Below are positions 41,309 through 50,809 of a stretch of 64,000 nucleotides of DNA, piece by piece. How positions within the stretch are numbered: the stretch's first letter is position 1; each line of letters opens with the position of its first letter. Under the pieces are notes generated by a model, which did not search any database, had not been told where the DNA came from, and saw only the letters and a program-made list of their open reading frames with translations. This DNA comes from Candidatus Deferrimicrobiaceae bacterium. Lineage in GTDB: Bacteria; Desulfobacterota; Deferrimicrobia; Deferrimicrobiales; Deferrimicrobiaceae. A program made the position numbers and the translations under genes. The stretch covers positions 64,001 through 128,000 of the forward strand of contig CAWBVY010000009.1 of assembly GCA_963792415.1 (NCBI GenBank), read 5' to 3'.

Positions 41309-41339
41309 GCGGGAATATTTTCGCGGCTCGTATGGTATA
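41309..41339 (+). promoter_or_regulatory. putative autoregulatory ECF promoter
   Basis: GCGGGAATA-N16-GGTATA, boxes identical to the divergent copy. Confidence 0.7.
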
Positions 41340-41350
41340 GAGGTTGAGGG

Positions 41351-41923
41351 ATGCGCGCGGACCTCGAAGAGGAGAAGGACGAACGGCTTGCCGCGCTGGC
41401 GGCGGGGGGCGACCGGGACGCGTTCGACGCGCTGGTGACCCGCCACCGGCAGGCGGTCTACCGGCTCTGCTGGTCGGCGGCGGGGAACGCCGCCGACGCC
41501 GACGACGCGGCGCAGGAGACGTTCGTGCGGGTGTACCGGTCGCTCCCCTCGTACGATCCGGCGAGGCCGTTCGGCCCGTGGCTCCGGAAGATCGCGTGGA
41601 ACTGCGGCCTGACGGCCCGCCGCGACGGGAACGCGGGAGTGGCCAGAGTCGCCGGGAGCGACGCGCCCGAGGCGGTGGACCCGGCCCCCGGCCCCGAAGA
41701 GGAGGCCGCGGGAAACGAAGAGAGGCGGCGGGTGGCGGATGCGATGGCCGGCCTCCCCGCCGAGCTTCGGATGGTGATGGTGCTGCGGGCGGTGGAGGGG
41801 CTTTCCTACGCCGAGATCGCCCTGGCGGCGGGGATTCCGGCGGGCACGGTGATGTCGCGCCTCTCCCGCGCGCGGACGCGGCTGCTGGCCGCGCTGAATG
41901 CACGGTCCGGAGGAGGTTCGTGA
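41351..41923 (+). CDS. ECF sigma factor
   Basis: GD.DAF..LV, DA.D..QETF, F.PWL..I..N, LSY.EIA...GTV.SRL.RAR. Confidence 0.92.
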   Translation: MRADLEEEKDERLAALAAGGDRDAFDALVTRHRQAVYRLCWSAAGNAADADDAAQETFVRVYRSLPSYDPARPFGPWLRKIAWNCGLTARRDGNAGVARVAGSDAPEAVDPAPGPEEEAAGNEERRRVADAMAGLPAELRMVMVLRAVEGLSYAEIALAAGIPAGTVMSRLSRARTRLLAALNARSGGGS

Positions 41924-42990
41924 TGGAGTGCCGGGAAACGCAGACGCTGCTGAGCGCCTTCCACGACGGGGAGCTGCCCGCCGCCGACCGCGCCCGGGTG
42001 GAAGAGCACCTGCGCGGGTGCCCGGAATGCGCCGCGTTGCTGGCCGACCTGGCGCGGGTCGATCGGGCGGCCGGCGTGCCCGACCCGGGACCCGCGTACT
42101 GGGACCGGTTCAACGCCCGCGTGATGGATCGCGTCGCGCGGGATGCGGACGGCCCGGGAGTGCGGGTGCTGCGACCGAAAGGAGGCTGGATGCGGGAACA
42201 GCTCCGCTATCTCGTCCCGGCCGCTGCCGCCGCGGCGCTGGTCGTTGTAATCGTCCATTACGCCGGGATGCGTCCCGGCGCCCCGGTCCCGACCCCGGCC
42301 GCACCTCCGGCGGCGAGCAAAACGGCGGCGACGGATTCGCCAGTAGAGCGGATGGCCAAGACGGAACCCGAGTCCCGCGCGACGAAAAAGGCCGGGAGCG
42401 CCGCGGCGGCGCGACCCGTCCCGCCGCCGGCCCCCGTCAAGGAGCGGCTCGACGCCGTGGCGCGCGAGGAGGGGGACCGCCTGGCCGATCGCTCCCCTGC
42501 GGCGGGGGACGAGGGGGCGTCGCGGGATCGCACGGCCCCCCCGGCCCCCGGTCCACCGCCGGTCACCGCGGCGGGCGGGATGACGCAGGAGAGTCCGGCC
42601 GAGCGGAAGAAGATGGAGAGGGTGGCCGCGCCGATGGCGGAACCGCAAGGCGCCGGCACGGCGGCATCGGCTCCCGGGATGGGGATCGCGCAGGAGCCGT
42701 CTCCCGTCTCTCCTTGCGAGCGTGCGCACGCGCTTGCCGAACGGGATCGGATGCGGGATGCGGAAGCCGCCCAGCGGGCGTGCCTCGCGGGGGATCTGGA
42801 CGCGCCCTCCCGGGAAAAGGGCCTCGTCTTCCTGGCCGAACTGCTCGACCGCCAGGCGCGCTTCTCCGAAGCCGACGCGGTCATCGAGGAGGTCGACCGG
42901 CGGTTCCCCCAAAGCCGGCCGCTGGACCTGTACCGCCGGCAGCGGCCGATGGTGCAGAAGCGACCGGAGGCGGTCCCGGTCACCCGCTAG
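41923..42990 (+). CDS. zf-HC2 (ZAS) anti-sigma factor with TM, Pro/Ala linker and TPR-like C-terminus
   Basis: MEC...DGEL...HLRGCPEC; TGATG coupling with sigma. Confidence 0.85.
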   Translation: MECRETQTLLSAFHDGELPAADRARVEEHLRGCPECAALLADLARVDRAAGVPDPGPAYWDRFNARVMDRVARDADGPGVRVLRPKGGWMREQLRYLVPAAAAAALVVVIVHYAGMRPGAPVPTPAAPPAASKTAATDSPVERMAKTEPESRATKKAGSAAAARPVPPPAPVKERLDAVAREEGDRLADRSPAAGDEGASRDRTAPPAPGPPPVTAAGGMTQESPAERKKMERVAAPMAEPQGAGTAASAPGMGIAQEPSPVSPCERAHALAERDRMRDAEAAQRACLAGDLDAPSREKGLVFLAELLDRQARFSEADAVIEEVDRRFPQSRPLDLYRRQRPMVQKRPEAVPVTR

Positions 42991-42991
42991 G

Positions 42992-43390
42992 TCAGCCCCC
43001 GCTCTTCGTCGGGATCAGCTCCCGGACGTTCCCCTCCTGGGCCCCGGCGGATTCCCCATCGCTCCTCATCCGGGCGCGCCCGTCGAAGACCGCCCCTTCG
43101 GAGATCGCGAGCTTCGGCGCGTGGATCTCCCCGACCATCCTGGCCTTCTCCCTCAGTTCCACCGTCTCCGTCGCCTCGATGTTCCCCTCGACGGATCCCC
43201 CGACGACCATCCCGCGCGTGCGGGTGTCCCCCAGGATCTTCCCGGTCACGCCGACGACGACCCAGTCGGCCTGGACGTCCCCCTCCACGGTCCCGTCGAC
43301 GCGGATCGTTCCCTTCACGCTCACTTTTCCCTCGATGCGCGTGTCGTTGCCGACGATCGTCTCCAGCTTCTGCGAGCCTTTTCCGAACAT
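42992..43390 (-). CDS. bactofilin
   Basis: T.VG..T.IEG, I.VDG.VEG.V, I.EGA.F.G repeats; GGAGG RBS. Confidence 0.9.
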   Translation of the reverse strand: MFGKGSQKLETIVGNDTRIEGKVSVKGTIRVDGTVEGDVQADWVVVGVTGKILGDTRTRGMVVGGSVEGNIEATETVELREKARMVGEIHAPKLAISEGAVFDGRARMRSDGESAGAQEGNVRELIPTKSGG

Positions 43391-43392
43391 GA

Positions 43393-44226
43393 TCACCTCC
43401 TGGCGAGATATTCCGACGGGTTCGTATGGCGGCCGTTTTTCCAGATCTCGTAATGCACGTGCGGGCCCGTGGAGACGCCGGTGGAGCCGGACATCGCGAT
43501 CACGTCGCCCCGGACGATGCGCTGACCGACCCGGACAAGCGCCTTCCGGTTGTGCGCATAGGCCGTGCTGAACCCGTGCCCGTGCTCGGCGACCACCACG
43601 ATGCCGCTGTTCTCCGTCCATCCGGCGAAGCTCACGATCCCGTCCGCCGTCGCTTTCACCGCGGTGCCGGGCGGGACGGAGAGGTCGACGCCGGTGTGGA
43701 ACTTCCTCTGCTCGTACACCGGGTGATCCCGGTATCCGTAGGACGAGGAAAGCCTTCCCTGCACGGGCCACCCGAAGGGCGTGGCGAGATGGAGGTCCCT
43801 CTGTTCGGCGATGTAGGCGCGGATCTCCGAAACCGACTGCATCGCCGCCTCGATCTCCTCCCGCAACACTTCCATGTCGAGGGATCCGGTGTCGCCGGGT
43901 TCCGCAGACTCCAGGACGGCGGTTTTCGACTTCAGGGAGAACAGCTTCCGGAAATCCTTCTCCGCCTGTTTCAGGGAATCCATCGTCCCCTTCATTTCGA
44001 GGAACTGCGCGGTGACGAGCGACAATCGCTCCTGCATCCGGCGGTACTCCACGGCCCGGACCGACACGGAAACGACGAAGGCGGTCCCGATCAGGAACAG
44101 GCAGACCGACGCGGCGACCCCGACCACCGGGACACGGACGCTGACGGGCCTGGTCCGGCCGTGGGGTACCAGCAGGATGGTCACGGGAGTGAAAAGTCTT
44201 TTCAGGAACCTCCGCGCGCGGTTCAT
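43393..44226 (-). CDS. M23 metallopeptidase (TM plus coiled coil)
   Basis: HTGVD, YAH, STGPHVHYE. Confidence 0.92.
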   Translation of the reverse strand: MNRARRFLKRLFTPVTILLVPHGRTRPVSVRVPVVGVAASVCLFLIGTAFVVSVSVRAVEYRRMQERLSLVTAQFLEMKGTMDSLKQAEKDFRKLFSLKSKTAVLESAEPGDTGSLDMEVLREEIEAAMQSVSEIRAYIAEQRDLHLATPFGWPVQGRLSSSYGYRDHPVYEQRKFHTGVDLSVPPGTAVKATADGIVSFAGWTENSGIVVVAEHGHGFSTAYAHNRKALVRVGQRIVRGDVIAMSGSTGVSTGPHVHYEIWKNGRHTNPSEYLARR

Positions 44227-44476
44227 TGCGACCTCCTTCAAGATGTGCCCGATGGCGGAACGACGGACACCTTTTTCACTGGAAAACCCTGCAACCGGCA
44301 TTCCGGAAAGCCTTTTCGATAACCATTTGAAATAAAGACGAAATTTAACCCGTCGGGCATGCAGCGGTTGCATTTTCCGAACCCGGGCATGAGGAGATGA
44401 CGAATTTGTATTCCATGGGTTCGGACGGGAGGGGGGATCGGAGTCCCCGCAACTGCCCGACGGTAAAGTGCCCTCT

Positions 44477-46630
44477 TCATGTCCCGGTCAATTCCAGTTC
44501 CGGATGCGTGGCCCCGCTTCTCCCCGCCTCAACCCGGTGGTACGCCTCCACGATCGTCGGGTCGAATTGCAGCCCCGCATTTTCCCGGGTATACCCGAGG
44601 ACCTTTTCCCGCGACCAGCCGGGACGGTACGGACGATCCGAAAGAAGGGCGTCGACGGCGTCCGCCACGGCGAGAATCCGCGCATGCAGGGAAATGGAAA
44701 TCCCCGACAGGCCATTCGGGTACCCCTTCCCATCGAACCGTTCGTGGTGCTGGAGGACCAGGGGAAGGATCTTCTTCAGGTTCGGGACCGGCCGGAGAAT
44801 CATCATCCCATTGGAAGGGTGTTTTTTAATAACATCGAACTCCTCCTCCGTCAACTTCCCCGGCTTGTCGAGGATCGAGGGAGGAACGCCGATCTTGCCG
44901 ATGTCGTGGAGCAGCCCGCCGCGTTGCAGCAGGTCGATCTCTTCCCGAGGCAATCCCAGTTCCCGACCGATGTCCATGGCCAGGGCGGTCACCCGTTCGG
45001 AGTGGCCCGCCGTCCAGGAGGAGTTGGTGTCCACGGTCCGGGCGAGAGCCTGCAAGGTTCCCAGATCGTTCTGGGAGAGCTCTTCAACGATTCTGGCCTG
45101 GCTCAGGGCGACGTTTACCTGGTCTGCGAGCTGACGGAGGCGATTCAGGGATTCGGGAGACGGTTCCGCAGGATTCCGGCAGCCGATGATGAGCACTCCC
45201 ACCAATTCTTCCTTGAAAACGAGGGGGGAAAAGAGGAAGACCGCGGGCCGCGAGGGAGTCCATCGCGAAAGGAAATTGCCGAATTCGGCATCCTTCGCCA
45301 CGATCACGTTCATTTTCCCGGAAAGCATCCTGCGGATCTCGTCCGTGGAGAGAAACAGGATGGCCTTGCAGGTTACCGATGGGATGATGGACGTGTCCTC
45401 CCGGATGTAGGTGACCGCCGCGTTCTCGACGACATCGGGGGCCAGGATGGATAATCCGATGCAATCGCAGGGAAAGACGTTGTTCACGTTGTCCAGCACC
45501 GCTTTGACGATCTTTTCTCTGGTCGTCTCGCCCAGGATCGCCTGGACCACCCGGGTCATTTCTCTCTGGATCCCGAATTCCCTGCCAATGTGGTTCGCCA
45601 TCGTGTTGAACGACCGGGCCAGTTCCTCGAACTCGTCCCCGCTCCGGATCGCGATGCGGCTGTCGAAATCCCCCCCGCTGATGCGCCGAGTCCCCTCCTT
45701 CAGCACGGCGAGGGGGGCGACGCCTCTGCGGACAAGCACGTGGGCGAAAAAAATGGTAATCAGCATGACGAGGAAGATGTACATGAAAAGATTCCGCGTG
45801 AAGCTTTTCGCGGCGGCGAATGTTTCCGCTCTGGGCTGGCTGACCACTACGAGCCAGTCATCGGATAAAAAGGCCGGTTTCAGGAAAATCGCGGCATGGT
45901 CGACCAGCAGGGTCCCGGATCCCTGTCCCCATTCGAAGTTTCCGGCGGGTCCCTTATGACGCTCCTGTTCGATCCGCCCGAGGACCCCGACAGGCGTGGG
46001 CTGGGTCTGAAAAAGAGGCACTCCCTCCGGAGACAGGATGGCAACCTCCGCCACCGGTGGAACAGCGTCCCGCACGCGTCCCCAGAGAAAGTCGGGATTC
46101 ACCTCCGAGACCAGGAATTCCCTTTCCGGGGCTTTCCCCCGAATTGCGTGGGCCAGGAAGACGCGGGAGGACCCATCGGCGTTCCGTTGCAGGTAGAGCA
46201 GTCCATTGCCGGAGGCGAGATGGTTCCGTGCGGCGCTGGTCTGCGGAGGGGGTGGACAGGGGTTCCCGTACAACGTTTCCGTCCGGGGGGGGGAGGCATG
46301 GAAGAAGCGGGTCGCGCCGAGAAGAACCCGGTTGTGGAACAACCAGCCCCAATCCGACGATCGACTGGAGGTGGTAACCGTCCCGTCCCCCAGGAGGCCG
46401 GCGAGGAATTCCACCTCGGTCTCAATGGTAGAAATCCCCCCGTGGATCGACATCCCGATCTCCCGGCTCTGAACCCGCATCTGTCGCATCGTTTCCTGGT
46501 GGAACTTCTCCTCCACCTGACGGAGCGAAAAATAGCCGAAGACGGCTCCGGGCACCACGATGCAAAGGGTGAACAGGAGGAGGAGCCGGTGCCCGAAGGA
46601 AAAGCGAAAATGGGAAAAGACGGAAGGCAC
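44477..46630 (-). CDS. membrane sensor with periplasmic domain, HAMP, GAF and HD-GYP phosphodiesterase
   Basis: Two TMs; DEF.EL..SFN.M; T.GHSERV, LHDIGK, HHER.DG.GYP, VAD..DA..S.RPYR; start approximate. Confidence 0.88.
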   Translation of the reverse strand: MPSVFSHFRFSFGHRLLLLFTLCIVVPGAVFGYFSLRQVEEKFHQETMRQMRVQSREIGMSIHGGISTIETEVEFLAGLLGDGTVTTSSRSSDWGWLFHNRVLLGATRFFHASPPRTETLYGNPCPPPPQTSAARNHLASGNGLLYLQRNADGSSRVFLAHAIRGKAPEREFLVSEVNPDFLWGRVRDAVPPVAEVAILSPEGVPLFQTQPTPVGVLGRIEQERHKGPAGNFEWGQGSGTLLVDHAAIFLKPAFLSDDWLVVVSQPRAETFAAAKSFTRNLFMYIFLVMLITIFFAHVLVRRGVAPLAVLKEGTRRISGGDFDSRIAIRSGDEFEELARSFNTMANHIGREFGIQREMTRVVQAILGETTREKIVKAVLDNVNNVFPCDCIGLSILAPDVVENAAVTYIREDTSIIPSVTCKAILFLSTDEIRRMLSGKMNVIVAKDAEFGNFLSRWTPSRPAVFLFSPLVFKEELVGVLIIGCRNPAEPSPESLNRLRQLADQVNVALSQARIVEELSQNDLGTLQALARTVDTNSSWTAGHSERVTALAMDIGRELGLPREEIDLLQRGGLLHDIGKIGVPPSILDKPGKLTEEEFDVIKKHPSNGMMILRPVPNLKKILPLVLQHHERFDGKGYPNGLSGISISLHARILAVADAVDALLSDRPYRPGWSREKVLGYTRENAGLQFDPTIVEAYHRVEAGRSGATHPELELTGT

Positions 46631-46635
46631 GAAGG

Positions 46636-47196
46636 CTACGGATCGTACGTCGACGCCTTGCCGACGAAGGCGCCGTCGTTGGCCCGGACGATATCGTCCC
46701 GGCTGGGCCCGCTCGTAAGCGGTTTGTTGCTCTGCCCATCGGGCCCCATGCTGTACAGGTCGAAGTCCGAATTGATGGGGACAAGGTTGTGATCCCTGCG
46801 CGCTTGAGGCAGGTTTCCGGGGAACCCGGAAAGGGGCAGATACTGGTACGGGTGGCCCCAAGGGTCGATGAGAGGGAGGGCGATGCCGAAGTTGATCTGA
46901 GCCAGGGTGACCGGCAAGGCGCCTTCCATATTTGCCCCGGCGAGCCGCGATGCAATGAATTTGAGGTCGGAGATGGCGGTAGCTTCCTTGGTCTTCTCGA
47001 GATAGCGGAGATAGCTGGGTACGGCGATAGATGCGAGGATTCCCACGATCGCCACGGCGATCAGGATTTCGACGAGGGTGAACCCGTTTTTCCCCCGGTG
47101 GGAGCGAACCGTGTCAGACCGGCAGGAGGCGCGATCCGGTTCCGGGGGATTGCGGCGATATCTTCCCACACAAAGGGATGCGGGAATTTTTTCCAA
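46636..47196 (-). CDS. orphan GspG-like pseudopilin
   Basis: G|FTLVE prepilin cleavage site, DPWG.PY.Y, DLYSMGPDG, DDI; true start uncertain. Confidence 0.85.
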   Translation of the reverse strand: MEKIPASLCVGRYRRNPPEPDRASCRSDTVRSHRGKNGFTLVEILIAVAIVGILASIAVPSYLRYLEKTKEATAISDLKFIASRLAGANMEGALPVTLAQINFGIALPLIDPWGHPYQYLPLSGFPGNLPQARRDHNLVPINSDFDLYSMGPDGQSNKPLTSGPSRDDIVRANDGAFVGKASTYDP

Positions 47197-47378
47197 AAAG
47201 GGCTCCCTTCCGATCCGGAACGAGCGGCATCCCGGGGATTACAGATGTTTCCATGGGTGTTTATCGGCAACCGTTTGAGAATATTCAGTCTTTTTCGATA
47301 TCACCGAAATGGCATGGAGATGGACTTCCGCCGGTTTTTCCGACGACTGCCCGGGCAAAATCGCGGGGCCATCGAACT

Positions 47379-47450
47379 GCCCCGGTTCACGCCGCATTTC
47401 CGGATGCAATCCTCAACAGCGCCTTCGCGTGGAGAGGAGGATGCGATGTC
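47379..47450 (+). repeat. direct repeat, left copy (orphan promoter/RBS/start of thioesterase); partner 57225-57296
   Basis: 69/72 identity. Confidence 0.9.
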
Positions 47451-47546
47451 CGCCGGCGGGAACCTTTCCCCGAACAAACGCCATCTGTTAATTGGTCCTT
47501 GTCGTACCGAAGGGCCGGGAATCCATTCGGGATCACGGAGAAGCCG

Positions 47547-48275
47547 ATGGGAAATCATCTCGAGGGAGCGGCGGATACGCCCCTCATCGAACTGCGCGCG
47601 CTGGCGAAGAGTTACCCCGAGGGGGGAAGCAAGCGGGTCGTGTTCCGGGATCTCTCCGCCAGGATCCGCCGGGGGGAAACGGTGGCCCTCCTCGGTCGCA
47701 GCGGCTCGGGGAAATCGACCCTCCTGAATCTCATCGGCGGCATCGACCTCCCTACCGCCGGCGAGGTGCTCCTCGACGGGACGAACCTCACGGCCCTCTC
47801 CGAGCAGCGGCGGACCCTGTTCCGCCGTCGCCACATCGGCTTCGTCTTCCAGTCGTTCAACCTCATCCCCACATTGACGGCGGTCGAGAACCTGCTCCTC
47901 CCCCTGGAACTGAACGGCGCCTCCGGGGGGCGGGCACGCGCGACGGCGCTGGACCTCCTCGAGAGGGTCGGTCTCGCCGACCGGGCCGGGACGTACCCGG
48001 ACCGCCTGTCGGGCGGGGAGCAGCAGCGTGTCGCGGCCGCCCGCGCGGTGGTCCACGACCCCGCCATCCTGCTGGCGGACGAGCCGACGGGGAGCCTCGA
48101 CGCAGAGACGGGAAAGCGGGTCCTCGAGCTTCTCGTCGGCCTCGCGCGCGACGACGGGAGGACCATGGTGGTCGTGACGCACAGCGACGCCGTGGCCCGG
48201 GCCGCCGACCGGGTTCTCGTCCTCAGGGACGCCCGCCTCTTCGAGGAGACGCTGAAGGGGGGGGCGCCGGCGTGA
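47547..48275 (+). CDS. ABC ATPase (LolD/YbbA-like)
   Basis: GRSGSGKS, FQSFNL, LSGGEQQR, ADEPTG. Confidence 0.92.
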   Translation: MGNHLEGAADTPLIELRALAKSYPEGGSKRVVFRDLSARIRRGETVALLGRSGSGKSTLLNLIGGIDLPTAGEVLLDGTNLTALSEQRRTLFRRRHIGFVFQSFNLIPTLTAVENLLLPLELNGASGGRARATALDLLERVGLADRAGTYPDRLSGGEQQRVAAARAVVHDPAILLADEPTGSLDAETGKRVLELLVGLARDDGRTMVVVTHSDAVARAADRVLVLRDARLFEETLKGGAPA

Positions 48276-50809
48276 TCCTCCGGCTCGCCGGCCTGCGGCA
48301 CCTTTCCCGGCATCCCCTTCAACTGGCGCTCGGCGTCTTGGGCGTGGCCCTCGGGGTGGCGGCGGTCTTCTCGATCGACCTCGCCAACGAGAGCGCCCGG
48401 CGCGCCTTCCGTATCTCCGCGCAGACCGTCGCCGGGAAAGCGACCCACCGGATCGTGGGGGGTCCTTCCGGGCTGGAAGAGTCGCTCTACGCGACGCTCC
48501 GCCGCCAGGGGGGGATGCGGACGATCGCCCCGGTCGTCGAGGGGTACGCCCGTGTTCCCGGGCATCCCGGGTTCACCCTCCACATCCTCGGGGTCGACCC
48601 GTTCGCGGAGGCCCCGTTCCGGAACTACACGCGGGGGACGGCGGCGGGCGCCGACATCCCCCGCTTCCTGACGCGCCCCGGGGCGGTGCTCCTCCTCGAG
48701 GAAACGGCGAAGCGGATGGGGGTCTCGCCGGGAGACGTTCTTCCGCTACGGGTCGGCCTCGAACCCGCTTACGCCACGCTGTCCGGCTTCCTCCGTCCGG
48801 GGGACGACGTGACCCGCCAGGCGCTGGAGACGACCGCCGTTGCCGACATCGCGACGGCCCAGGAGCTCCTCGGCAAGGTGGGACGTCTGTCCCGGATCGA
48901 CCTTCTGGTCCCCGGGGGGGCCGGGGAAGAGGCGGCCCTTTCCCGGATCCGGGGGAGCCTTCCCCCGGAAGCGGAGATCGTTCCCGCCGGCGCGCGCGGC
49001 AACGCCCTCGACCAGATGACCCGGGCCTTTTCCCTGAACCTGAGCGCCTTGAGCCTCCTCGCCCTCGTGGTCGGCACGTTCCTCGTCTACAACACGATGA
49101 CCTTTTCGGTCCTGCAGCGCCGGCAGCTCGTGGGGACGCTGCGGGCGCTCGGGGTCACCAGGGGGGAGGTGTTCGGGCTGATCCTCTCCGAAGCGGCGGT
49201 CCTCGGCGCGGCGGGGACGGTCCTCGGTCTTCCCCTCGGGTACTTCCTCGGCAAATTCCTCCTGGAGATGGTCACCCGCTCGATCGGGGACCTGTACTTC
49301 GCCCTCTCCGTCCGGGAGGTTTCGGTGACGGCGGCGACGCTCCTCAAGGCCGTCGGCCTTGGGACCTTCGGCGCGGTCGCGGCGGCCCTGGTACCCGCCC
49401 ACGAGGCGACCTCCACCCCGGCCCGGGACGTGATGCGCCGTTCCGCCATCGAGACGGGGGTCCGCAGGATCCTCCCGGCGATATCGGCAACGGGGGCCGG
49501 CCTGATCCTGCTGGGAGCGGGGTTGCAGTTCTACCCCTCCCGAAGCATCCTCCTGTCCTTCGGCGGACTGTTCTCCATCGTGGCGGGGTATGCGCTCCTC
49601 GCGCCGGGCGCGACCACGCTCCTGGTCCGGGGGATCCAGCCGGCGCTGACCGCGGCCTTCGGGACGCAGGGAACGATGGCGGCCCGGAGCATCCCGGCAT
49701 CGATCAGCCGCACGGGGGTGGCGGCCGCCGCCCTCGTGGTGGCCGTGTCCACCACGGTAGGGATCGGGATCATGGTCGGCAGCTTCCGCCGGACGGTCTC
49801 CGACTGGCTCGATCAGTCGCTCCGGTCGGACATCTACGTCTCTTCCGCGGAGGACCGCAGGGGTCCCGAACGAACGCCCCTCCCGCCGGACCTGATCGCG
49901 GGCGTATCCTCCGCCCCCGGGGTCTTCCAGGTCGCACTCGTCAGCCGAACGACCCTCGAGTCCGCCTCGGGGTTCACGGAGCTGTTCGTGATGCGGACCC
50001 CACGGGAGACATTCGACGCCTTCCGCTTCCGCGAGGGAGACGCCCAAACCGCGTGGGAGGCGATGCACGGCGGCGCCGTGATCGTCTCGGACCCGTACGC
50101 GTACCGGCACGGATTGCGGAAGGGGGACACGGTGCGCCTGCGCACCGATCGGGGAGAGCGGGAGTTCCCCATAGCGGGAGTCTATTACGACTACAGCTCG
50201 GACCAGGGGCTGCTGGGGATCCTCGGGGAAACGTACGAACGGTTCTGGGACGACCGGGGCGTGGATTCGATCGGGATCCGGCTCTTGCCCGGGATTCCGG
50301 CCGACGCCGCGATCGGACGGATCCGGGAGATCGCGGGCGACCGGCCGGTCCTGATCCGCTCCAACCGGTCCCTGCGGGAGGCGTCGCTACGGGTCTTCGA
50401 CCGGACCTTCGCGGTGACGAACGTCCTGCGTTTCCTCACGGTCCTCATCGCATTCGTCGGGGTACTGAACGCCCTGATGGCGATCCAGATGGAGCGCGGC
50501 CGGGAGCACGCGGTGCTCCGGGTCCTCGGGCTCACCCCCCGGCAGGCGTGGGGACTGGTCGCGGGGGAGTCCGCCGTGATCGGACTGGTCGCAGGGGTTC
50601 TCGCCGTCCCGCTCGGGGCGGCGCAGGCGCTGGTGCTCATCCGGTTCATCAACCGCCGCTCCTTCGGGTGGACGATGCAGACGTTCGTCGACCCATGGAT
50701 CCTGCTCCAGGCCGTGGCGCTGGCCCTGGCCGCCTCCCTTCTCGCCGGGATCTACCCGGCGACCCGGCTGGCGCGCTCCTCACCCTCGCGGGCGCTGCAG
50801 GAGGAGTGA
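48272..50809 (+). CDS. FtsX/MacB-like ABC permease (duplicated)
   Basis: GTGA overlap; two R...G.LR.LG motifs; two periplasmic domains. Confidence 0.88.
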   Translation: MILRLAGLRHLSRHPLQLALGVLGVALGVAAVFSIDLANESARRAFRISAQTVAGKATHRIVGGPSGLEESLYATLRRQGGMRTIAPVVEGYARVPGHPGFTLHILGVDPFAEAPFRNYTRGTAAGADIPRFLTRPGAVLLLEETAKRMGVSPGDVLPLRVGLEPAYATLSGFLRPGDDVTRQALETTAVADIATAQELLGKVGRLSRIDLLVPGGAGEEAALSRIRGSLPPEAEIVPAGARGNALDQMTRAFSLNLSALSLLALVVGTFLVYNTMTFSVLQRRQLVGTLRALGVTRGEVFGLILSEAAVLGAAGTVLGLPLGYFLGKFLLEMVTRSIGDLYFALSVREVSVTAATLLKAVGLGTFGAVAAALVPAHEATSTPARDVMRRSAIETGVRRILPAISATGAGLILLGAGLQFYPSRSILLSFGGLFSIVAGYALLAPGATTLLVRGIQPALTAAFGTQGTMAARSIPASISRTGVAAAALVVAVSTTVGIGIMVGSFRRTVSDWLDQSLRSDIYVSSAEDRRGPERTPLPPDLIAGVSSAPGVFQVALVSRTTLESASGFTELFVMRTPRETFDAFRFREGDAQTAWEAMHGGAVIVSDPYAYRHGLRKGDTVRLRTDRGEREFPIAGVYYDYSSDQGLLGILGETYERFWDDRGVDSIGIRLLPGIPADAAIGRIREIAGDRPVLIRSNRSLREASLRVFDRTFAVTNVLRFLTVLIAFVGVLNALMAIQMERGREHAVLRVLGLTPRQAWGLVAGESAVIGLVAGVLAVPLGAAQALVLIRFINRRSFGWTMQTFVDPWILLQAVALALAASLLAGIYPATRLARSSPSRALQEE

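Noticed and set aside
42992-44226. Bactofilin-M23 pair as a novel system
   Set aside because: Well described (CcmA-Csd1, BacA-LmdC).
47310-47325. sigma54 promoter TGGCAT...
   Set aside because: The -12 GC is absent (GA at that position).
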